From a virus (taxonomy: Duplodnaviria > Caudoviricetes): 37,600 nt of DNA. The DNA lies in the IMG/VR virus record IMGVR_UViG_3300020045_001999, positions 1 through 37,600 of that record; one strand, 5' to 3'. Both the position numbers and the translations under genes were made by a program. The stretch's first letter is position 1; each line of letters opens with the position of its first letter. The notes beneath the pieces are model-generated. The model saw only the letters and a list, made by a program, of their open reading frames with translations. It was not told the DNA's origin and made no database searches. Positions 29,017 through 36,753 of the stretch are shown here, piece after piece.

Positions 29017-29751
29017 TTATTCATTTCTTTGATCTAATTGAATCTTAGATTCTAAATTAGAAGGTTTATAATCTCTCAATGCTAATTCTACAGCTCTATC
29101 TAATATTTCAGGATGTATTTCTTGATTAAGTTCACATTCTTGTATTGTAGATAAACCATTTATAGTTAAACCTTCACCTGGAAAACTAGTATTTAAATTT
29201 GAGATTATAATTGGTTTTGGATATTTAATATATCTAATTTTATATTCATTAATATCATATTTAGATATTAATTCTACAATTTTATCATTATTTATTTTAG
29301 ATATATCTAATCTCCAAATTTTATTTTTATTAGGTCTTTTAAAAGGATTAGAATATTGAATATTAAATTCATCATGGGTTTTTGGAACAATATTAAATTG
29401 TTTTTCACCACAATTATTTAAGTTACATTTAGCAGATTCATATATAATTATAAAAACATCATCAGGTATTTTAAATACTTTTGAATCAGTTGTTAATTTT
29501 ATATTTGTTGTAAGAACTGTATTTGTATTAAATTCTTTAACTAATTCTTTTAAATCAACTCTTCTTTTTTCAGAATTTTCAAAACCTTTTTCTTTTCTAT
29601 TACTAGAAGAATCATAATAATCTTTTACTAATTCTAATTGAGCTTTAGTAAGATATACTGACAATTCATAATCGTCTATACTAGGAGCACTTTGAGTAGC
29701 AATTGAATTATAATGAATATTAAATTCGTTTCTAAATTCTAAATTAGTCAT
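29017..29751 (-). CDS. Tail ring protein (crAss001 gp34/gp35-like)
   Basis: YELSVYLTKAQ, GFENSEKRRVDL, NPFKRP, YIKYPKPII and IHPEILDRAVELA motifs. Confidence 0.75.
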   Translation of the reverse strand: MTNLEFRNEFNIHYNSIATQSAPSIDDYELSVYLTKAQLELVKDYYDSSSNRKEKGFENSEKRRVDLKELVKEFNTNTVLTTNIKLTTDSKVFKIPDDVFIIIYESAKCNLNNCGEKQFNIVPKTHDEFNIQYSNPFKRPNKNKIWRLDISKINNDKIVELISKYDINEYKIRYIKYPKPIIISNLNTSFPGEGLTINGLSTIQECELNQEIHPEILDRAVELALRDYKPSNLESKIQLDQRNE

Positions 29752-29754
29752 TTA

Positions 29755-30600
29755 TTATTTTTTTAAAAGTTTAGCTTCTATCAAACCTCTAACATCTTGA
29801 TGTTTTGGATTATCTAAATAAGCAACTGTATTTTCAAAAGTAGGAACTTGACTATTTTCACATAAATCTAAACCATCAATTGTAGAATATTTATTACCTG
29901 ATTTTTTAATAATACCTTTTTCTTCAGCATTCTGAATTAATAGTTTTGTTTCAAATTTAGAATCTTTAATTAAATCAACAAAAGCTGTTGGTTTAGTATC
30001 AATAAATTCTTCAACTTTAGTTTGTAACCATTTAATAGTTGAATCTCCAGAAATAGGTTTATTAGTAAGTAATTTAAGTACACCTAATAATTTATCTTTA
30101 TCATCTTCAATTTTACCATATAATTTAAATGCTTCTTTTTTAGAATCAAATTCAACTTTTTTCTCAGTCATTTCTTCATCACCTGAAACAATTACAAACT
30201 CATATGTTTGTTTTAAATTTCTATCTTTCCAATTTGGACAAATATCATTTTTATAAGATAGTAAAATTTTATATGAAATATAATCTAAAGGATTACTTAA
30301 ATCTAATATATTATCGTCTTTAAATAGAGATACATAATGTTCTTTCCAAAAATCTTCGTATACAGATAATTTTAATCCTGTAACACTTTCTAAATATTCT
30401 TTTTCATCTTTTGTTAAAACATTAGCTAATGAACCGTTTCTCATAAGTGGTGTACAATATCTTTTTACAGATCCTGATAACATTCCACCTGATATAACAT
30501 GGTCTTCACCAACATTAGATGCCATTCCTTTTTTTCTTTTAATATATTTTACAGTTACTTTTGTATCTGGTAATGTAAATTTCTCTAATACTTCTCCCAT
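29755..30600 (-). CDS. Conserved crAss-like protein downstream of MCP
   Basis: LTKDEKEYLE, FW, and LDLSNPLDYISYKIL motifs. Typical post-MCP position. Confidence 0.7.
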   Translation of the reverse strand: MGEVLEKFTLPDTKVTVKYIKRKKGMASNVGEDHVISGGMLSGSVKRYCTPLMRNGSLANVLTKDEKEYLESVTGLKLSVYEDFWKEHYVSLFKDDNILDLSNPLDYISYKILLSYKNDICPNWKDRNLKQTYEFVIVSGDEEMTEKKVEFDSKKEAFKLYGKIEDDKDKLLGVLKLLTNKPISGDSTIKWLQTKVEEFIDTKPTAFVDLIKDSKFETKLLIQNAEEKGIIKKSGNKYSTIDGLDLCENSQVPTFENTVAYLDNPKHQDVRGLIEAKLLKK

Positions 30601-30622
30601 TGTATCTTCTTATTAATTATTT

Positions 30623-30651
30623 AAAAAAGGGATGATTTTGGGCTCATCCCT
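30623..30651 (-). terminator. Intrinsic terminator after MCP
   Basis: AGGGATGA-N8-TCATCCCT running into a T6 tract, 13 nt after the MCP stop. Confidence 0.85.
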
Positions 30652-30664
30652 AAAAGCCTATTTA

Positions 30665-32150
30665 TTAATCTAAAATTGCTGGTTTGAAAGTCATAGTTCT
30701 AGAAGGATCTTTAACCATCGCTCCTGTACCACACATTGCTGTCATAGTAGCACTATCTTCCATTAATTGCATTACTCCACCTCTACGTCCAGAGAAAGGA
30801 TCTCTAATACCAGCCATATAACCACGTAGTTCATCATCACCACGTACTTTAATTTTTTGGATATTAGGCTCTTCCATTGAACCAATGTAAAGAATATCAT
30901 AACGATATGATTCAGCAACACCTCCGTCTGGATGAAGAATTTTGTTACGAACTTTATCATCATACATTGGATCTACTTCCAACATAATTTTGATATTATT
31001 AGGAGCTAACCATTCTGTAAATTGGAAACCACCTTTAAATGCGTTTTCATTGAATTTAGAAGTTGTTTTGTTGATAGCATTTTGATTAGTGTTATCAAAC
31101 ATTGACTTCCAACCAGAAGCAGCTGCAGTTGCAGCTCTATTAAATTGAGCAGCCCCTCTTTCACCAGTACGTAACATAAATGTACGTTCGTCCCAATCTA
31201 ATTTACCTTCTGATAATTCAGACAAAGCATCTTCTAATAAACGCATTGAGAAAATATTATAAGTAATAGTATTACTTACTTCCATTTGTTCTCTAATTCC
31301 AGAACCTGCTTTAATTTCAATATTAGCATTACCTTTATTCAAGAAACGTCCGTTTTCATCTCTGTTTGTTTTACCAAACATAATTGTACGTGATTTAATT
31401 CTTGAGAAAGCTTTTTCAAATTGCCAATAAACTTCCTGCATCCATGTTGCAGATTTATGAACTTTTCCAGTATTAGGATCTCTTGTTTCAATACCAGCAA
31501 AATAAACTGGTTCTATTTTACAATCAATCATTGCTCCAGAAACTTTATGTTCCATACGCAATGTAGAAACTGAGTTTCTCATTAAATAAGGTGAAGTAAA
31601 TTGAATACCAGCACCTTGAATAGAAAGTTCATCTTCAGAGTAAGCACTTTCAATAGAGAATCTATTTCCAGCTACAAGTTCATCTCCAGGAATACCTGCT
31701 AATGATTCTTGACCACCCCAAACCTCACATTCATAAACGTAAAGACTTCCTTCTTCAAAAGGTTCATCTAAAATTCTAATTTGGTAAACGTCTGGTCTTG
31801 GACCTGCAATAACATGCATTTTAGTAAACCATTTTTCTCCAAATACTAATTGGAATTTTGTTCTAGCTACACCAACACCTACAGTATTAGTATCTACCAC
31901 AGAACCTTGAAATCTTGCTTCTACAAGTGGAATATTTCTTTCATCACTTCCAACTACTTTCCATACGAAATCATCAGCTGTATTTAATACTTTTTCAGGG
32001 AACAAAGACAAAGTTGTATCTAAGTTTTTCATTCCTGAGTTTTGTAACAACACAGTTGTTAATGGAGAAACTAATTGTGGTTGACTTCCAAAAATAGCAC
32101 CAATGTGATTTTTTAGGGTAAGCCCACTCCAAGCTTTTCCCTTTGTCATT
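30665..32150 (-). CDS. Major capsid protein, exon 2 (join 32413-32432 + 30665-32150; 501 aa spliced)
   Basis: Crassvirales MCP motifs WSGLTLKNHIGAIF, IKAGSGIREQME, TGERGAAQF, DPMYDD..RNKILHP.GG.AESYRYDI. Confidence 0.92.
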
Positions 32151-32412
32151 CATTTATGTTCACATAGAATCGTTAATCCTATATCGGGAATTTACCCAGC
32201 TTAATATTACTATTAAGATCAGACTATATCATCATCCCAATAGGATGTTCTGCGCTTCCACTCACTTGAGTGTACTTCCTTACGGAATAGTCGTTGCACT
32301 TTTCTTATTAAATAAGACTTAGCTCAGGATTGTCCTTGTTAAACAATAGGATATTCCCTGAATTCACAGAATTTTCGATAGTAATTACTTACTAAAGTCG
32401 CCTTTGACAAAA
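32151..32412 (-). ncRNA. ORF-less group I self-splicing intron, subgroup IA2, in MCP codon 7
   Basis: Core motifs P AAUUCAGGGAA, Q AAUCCUGAGC, R GUGCAACGACUA and S GAUAUAGUCU. Helices P1 (U.G at the splice site), P2, P3, P4, P6a, P7, P7.1, P7.2, P8, P9 and P10 can be drawn, and the intron ends in G. Splicing restores MSLGKFV-MTKGKAW. Confidence 0.95.
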
Positions 32413-32432
32413 ACGAACTTACCTAAACTCAT
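32413..32432 (-). CDS. Major capsid protein, exon 1 (20 nt, MSLGKF plus GT of Val7)
   Basis: ATGAGTTTAGGTAAGTTCGT follows an A-rich leader and ends in the U that pairs with the IGS G. LGKF matches the N-terminus I recall for crAss MCPs. Confidence 0.88.
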
Positions 32433-32474
32433 AAATTTTTATTATTATTTATTATTATTTATACTTGTTACATT

Positions 32475-33071
32475 TTATTTAAAACATTCAGTGTAACCCT
32501 TGAATATTATTTTTGGTATATATTTATTAACTTCTTTTAATAAATTATGTTCTAAATAAATAGCGTCATATTTATTTAATGTTAAAGTTTCTAATATTTC
32601 AACTTTATATGGTATTTTCCATATTCTTTTATTGATTGATTTTGATAATCCTATTTTATAAAAAATAGTACCATCTTCTTCAATCATTTTAAATTTATAA
32701 AAAATTAAAGATTCTTTTAACCATTCTTCTTTATATCTTTCAGCTAATGTTATATTATAACTACCTCTATTTATAGGTAATGGATTTAATAAGCGAAAAG
32801 CTTGTCTTTTTAATTTTTTCCTGATTGTTATTTTATCTTTATTTACTTTTTCATATTCTAAATTTTTTGTTATTATTTCTGTTTTATTTATTAAATAATA
32901 TTCTTTTCTTTTTAATTTAATTTTATCAATATTGTTTTGTCGATAATTTTCATTTTTAATTAAAATTTCTTCTTTATTATTTAAATATTTTAAACGTTGT
33001 TTTTCTTTTAGAATTTCTTTATTTTTTAATCTATATTCTTTTTGATATAAAGATTTTTCTTCAGTTGTCAT
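32475..33071 (-). CDS. Free-standing putative endonuclease: five 15-aa basic repeats plus a C-terminal GIY-YIG-like (T5orf172/MUG113-type) domain
   Basis: Repeats of the type xxEYxxxNKExIxxK. The C-terminus carries IFYKF...FYKIGLSKSINKR...LEH...FKGYTECF. Confidence 0.7.
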   Translation of the reverse strand: MTTEEKSLYQKEYRLKNKEILKEKQRLKYLNNKEEILIKNENYRQNNIDKIKLKRKEYYLINKTEIITKNLEYEKVNKDKITIRKKLKRQAFRLLNPLPINRGSYNITLAERYKEEWLKESLIFYKFKMIEEDGTIFYKIGLSKSINKRIWKIPYKVEILETLTLNKYDAIYLEHNLLKEVNKYIPKIIFKGYTECFK

Positions 33072-33077
33072 AATTTA

Positions 33078-34154
33078 TTAAAGAACCAATTCACTACCAA
33101 ATCCTGAACCTGAATAACTGTTAGGATCCGTTAGATAACCTGGTTGTCCGTTATCTTCAAACTTTACTTTACGTAAAGCTTTTTCTAAATTTTTTGTTGC
33201 AGACGAAGTTGCTGTTGTTTTTATTTTTGTTAAATCTGAAAAACCATTTGTTAGTTCATATAAGTAATACATTTTTGTATCAAACTCAATTGGGTTTTTA
33301 GATCTATCATTCATAAATTTGTTTTCTAATTCTCCAGTTGTTGGATTTTTAGCTACAACTTCAGTCATTGTTTTAAATACTTTATCACCAATTGCTTTAG
33401 TGTTAGGTATTCCTTTAATTACTTCTTTAGATTCAAATACAAATTGTTTAATTTGATTATTAATCTGCTCTTGTTCTTTCGCTTGATTAATTTTATCCTG
33501 TTCAACTCTTTGTAATTCTAAAGCAGCTTGTTTTGATTCAAATATTTTTAAACTTTCTTTAGATTCTAATGCGTCTTCTAAAAGCATATCTTCACCTAAA
33601 TCAATTGTTTTACGTAACATTTTACGAGCTCTATCTTCCGATAAACCTTGATTAATATAATCTCTTAAAATTATATCTTTAGCTACTTCTAGATTTTCTT
33701 TTAAATAATCTTCATCAATAGCATCTAATTCAATCAATGCTTTTTTAGAAGTTGCAATTTTTTCTAAATCTAAATTTGAAATATAATCATTAACTTTTAA
33801 ATTAGCTTGATTTTCAATTTCAACTTTTAAAGCATTTGTAAAATCATCTACTGTTTTAATTTCTTTAGAAGACTCTAGTGAAGGTAATAAACCTTGTTCA
33901 AAAAGAACATCTGAGATAGAAGAATATAAGTTGGGAGAAGAATCATCATCTGAATCATCACCTTCACTACCATCGTCTTCATCACTATCTACGTCCTCTG
34001 AGCCTTCACCCTCGATAGTTTTAATATCATTATTTGTATCTACATCTTCTGTATCTACATCATCATTATCATTCTCGTCAGTATTAATAAACTGACTATC
34101 AAAATTTAGTTCCTGACCGTTACTAAAAATTGACATTAAATCTTCATCTTCCAT
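33078..34154 (-). CDS. Acidic scaffold-like protein between portal and MCP
   Basis: Asp/Glu-rich disordered N-terminus and helical coiled-coil body, in the conserved Crassvirales position. Confidence 0.65.
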   Translation of the reverse strand: MEDEDLMSIFSNGQELNFDSQFINTDENDNDDVDTEDVDTNNDIKTIEGEGSEDVDSDEDDGSEGDDSDDDSSPNLYSSISDVLFEQGLLPSLESSKEIKTVDDFTNALKVEIENQANLKVNDYISNLDLEKIATSKKALIELDAIDEDYLKENLEVAKDIILRDYINQGLSEDRARKMLRKTIDLGEDMLLEDALESKESLKIFESKQAALELQRVEQDKINQAKEQEQINNQIKQFVFESKEVIKGIPNTKAIGDKVFKTMTEVVAKNPTTGELENKFMNDRSKNPIEFDTKMYYLYELTNGFSDLTKIKTTATSSATKNLEKALRKVKFEDNGQPGYLTDPNSYSGSGFGSELVL

Positions 34155-34183
34155 AATTTTTCTCCCGTTATTTATAAAGTTTA

Positions 34184-34215
34184 CAAAGATAAACTATTTG
34201 TGAGCTTATTCCAAA
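34184..34215 (-). promoter_or_regulatory. Bacteroidota -33/-7 promoter for the scaffold-nuclease-MCP operon
   Basis: TTTG-N20-TATCTTTG, a perfect consensus match. Confidence 0.88.
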
Positions 34216-34257
34216 TAAATATAGTAAAATATTACATTTTTAATAAGCTCCTAATAG

Positions 34258-36663
34258 CTATTTCATACTTTTCTTTTTAATTCTATTTATACTTTGATCT
34301 ACTTTTTTAGCTTCCATAGTATCTTTATGTTTATCCATATCTTGTTTTAATGCTAACATTTTTTCATAATGAGAGTTTTTAACTTTCTCTTTATCTAAAT
34401 TTAACTTTTCTACATCTAATGGATTAACTACACCATCATCTTCAACAACTTCGTCAGGTTGCATACTTAGTTTAAGCTGTTCAATATAAATTTTAGTATC
34501 AGAATCTTTATCAACTTTATACTGTTCTAATTCTAATTTTCTATTTTCTAATTCAGCAGCTTGTTGCATCGCAGCTTGATTATCTTTAGATTGTTGTTGA
34601 GATGCTTCAGAGTTTCTTTGATGTACGGCTTCCTCTGCTTCTTCAAGTCTTCTTCTCATATCAGATAATGAAGGACTAAAATATATATCCATAATCGTAG
34701 ACATTGTTCCTCCATTTTGTAAAAAGGCTTGAGCATTTTGTTTAATCATTGATTCTAATTCTTGAGTTTTAGAACTTGATGTTAATACTAAACCATAATC
34801 ATTTTCACAAAATTCATCTGAATCTAAATTTAATACTTGAATAGATTGGTCATCTAATATATATTGTACTTTTTTATTATTACCTTTTAAAGCAACTTTA
34901 GCTGTTTCTAAAAAACATTCTAATGCTCTAATTTTAAATTGTTCATGTAACATAAACCAATATTCAGTAATATGACTAGATTGATTAACAGAACGTTCTA
35001 CACCACCAACAGTTTCTCTATTTGAGATTTGACCTTGACGTTGAGCAGATACTCCTGCAATTTCACCCATTTCCATTTTGATAAACTCAAGTAATTGAAT
35101 ATGTTGTTGTATGTACGAACCTGTTTCCATGTCCATTACACGACCACCTTGTGTATTCATACTACCTGCAAGTTTACCTGTAGAAGCTCCTTGTTGACCT
35201 TCTTTAAACGAATCTATTACTGCAATTTTATTTACTACAGCAAAATGCATCCATTTTTCAATTTCCCAGTTTTCAGGAACTTTAGCAATATCCAATTCAA
35301 ATATTTTACCATAATTTGTAGATATAGCTTTATTAAGTCTATCCCAAATTACATCATACATATATTGATAGTTTTTACATCTATCAACTAATGACACTGC
35401 TTTAGATTGATTTGTATTATATATTTGACCAATAATACCAGGACTACATATAGATGGATTACTTATTTTATTATATTGAACTTTTCGTGGTTTAACATTA
35501 AGATAAATATCTTTACCTATTTTAACTCCTTCCCACCATTCATTAACCCATAATGAAACAACTTCTTCACCTAAATCTTTATTTGGAATATATTCTTCAG
35601 ATGCAATTTTATATTGCTCTTCACCATATTCATCATAAAATTTAACACGTTTAACTTCTTTTAATGATTTCCAAAATACTTTTAATACACGTATATTACC
35701 TGTATCATCTGTATAATTAGAACCAAAGAAATGACCATTAAGTTCTGCTAAATTAAATATAGTATCATACATTCCTTCAACTCCAGTATTCAAAGCATCA
35801 CGTAAAAGAACGTGATTGTTTTGATCATCTGAATATGAACCTTTAGAAGAGGTTTGAGTATATTCCATTATATAATCTATATCTTCAGGTTTTAATTCAT
35901 CATGATATACATCTATAATAGTATGTGGACTCCAATGATCTTGTATAATAATAATAGAAGAATCTTCTATTCTATCTGAATTACCACTTCTTACACTATG
36001 TACTTTAAGTGGATTTAATTTTTTAAGTACAGGTTCATCATGAATTATATCACATTGAACAATTTCTTCTGCAAATATTAAAGCTTCTTTAAAACAATCA
36101 TTAAAAATCCTATCAAATCTTTGTTCTTGACTATAATGTTTAAGAATTTGATTAGCCATTCTTTCACGAATATCTTGCCAACTATATTTCATATGTTTAG
36201 CAAGTTCATCCATTTTAACTTTTAATTCATCTTCTTCATAATTAGCTTGTAAAAATTCAGTAAGTTTTTGTTGAAGAAAAGCTTTTTTATCTTCTTCTTT
36301 TTTACTAATAGCATCAGCATTTGTGACAATAACAGACCAATCAAATCTACGTTTAATTTCTTCACCAACTAATAGATCTATTTTAGGAACCATTATTGGA
36401 TGATGAGGAATATTGTCTGGTACAAATGAAGCATCTATTTGATGTGGATTAACTACATTTGTTAAATCTCTAATATCTACAATACCATTATAAAGATTAA
36501 GATTTATAATTTTATTTTGAAGACTTTTTCTTACTCTTTCATTATTATAAAATGAATGACGATCTGCATAATCAACACAATCTCTACGCCATTCTTTATT
36601 TTTTTGTTTGTAAGGTAATCTTTGTCTTGGTAGAATCAAAGAATTTATTCTAGGTGTTGACAT
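34258..36663 (-). CDS. Portal protein (801 aa)
   Basis: LPRQRLP..QK..EW, PKIDLLVGEE, WVNEWWEG.KIG and GVSAQRQGQISNRETVGGVERS motifs. Directly follows terL. Confidence 0.92.
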   Translation of the reverse strand: MSTPRINSLILPRQRLPYKQKNKEWRRDCVDYADRHSFYNNERVRKSLQNKIINLNLYNGIVDIRDLTNVVNPHQIDASFVPDNIPHHPIMVPKIDLLVGEEIKRRFDWSVIVTNADAISKKEEDKKAFLQQKLTEFLQANYEEDELKVKMDELAKHMKYSWQDIRERMANQILKHYSQEQRFDRIFNDCFKEALIFAEEIVQCDIIHDEPVLKKLNPLKVHSVRSGNSDRIEDSSIIIIQDHWSPHTIIDVYHDELKPEDIDYIMEYTQTSSKGSYSDDQNNHVLLRDALNTGVEGMYDTIFNLAELNGHFFGSNYTDDTGNIRVLKVFWKSLKEVKRVKFYDEYGEEQYKIASEEYIPNKDLGEEVVSLWVNEWWEGVKIGKDIYLNVKPRKVQYNKISNPSICSPGIIGQIYNTNQSKAVSLVDRCKNYQYMYDVIWDRLNKAISTNYGKIFELDIAKVPENWEIEKWMHFAVVNKIAVIDSFKEGQQGASTGKLAGSMNTQGGRVMDMETGSYIQQHIQLLEFIKMEMGEIAGVSAQRQGQISNRETVGGVERSVNQSSHITEYWFMLHEQFKIRALECFLETAKVALKGNNKKVQYILDDQSIQVLNLDSDEFCENDYGLVLTSSSKTQELESMIKQNAQAFLQNGGTMSTIMDIYFSPSLSDMRRRLEEAEEAVHQRNSEASQQQSKDNQAAMQQAAELENRKLELEQYKVDKDSDTKIYIEQLKLSMQPDEVVEDDGVVNPLDVEKLNLDKEKVKNSHYEKMLALKQDMDKHKDTMEAKKVDQSINRIKKKSMK

Positions 36664-36693
36664 ATATAATTTATTAAATTTAATAATAACTTG

Positions 36694-36725
36694 CTAATAT
36701 ACAAAATAAAAAGTGTTATTCCAAA
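36694..36725 (-). promoter_or_regulatory. -33/-7 promoter for portal (one mismatch)
   Basis: TTTG-N20-TATATTAG. Shares ATTTGGAATAA at -33 with the 34184 promoter. Confidence 0.72.
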
Positions 36726-36745
36726 TAATTTATAAGAAATAACAC
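36703..36745 (-). terminator. Possible terminator after terL, overlapping the portal promoter
   Basis: GUGUUAUUUC / GGAAUAACAC stem followed by UUUUUAUUUU. Confidence 0.45.
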
Positions 36746-36753
36746 AATTTATT

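Noticed and set aside
30772-32097. ORFs 30772-30963 (-) and 31915-32097 (+) inside MCP
   Set aside because: Out-of-frame or antisense within a conserved gene; no frameshift signal identified.
32147-32149. ATG 32149 as the true MCP start
   Set aside because: It corresponds to Met8 of the spliced protein; the upstream intron and exon 1 explain the region better.
32438-32462. ATTATTATTT tandem duplication upstream of MCP exon 1
   Set aside because: Two AT-only copies; best read as an A-rich translation leader rather than a repeat element.
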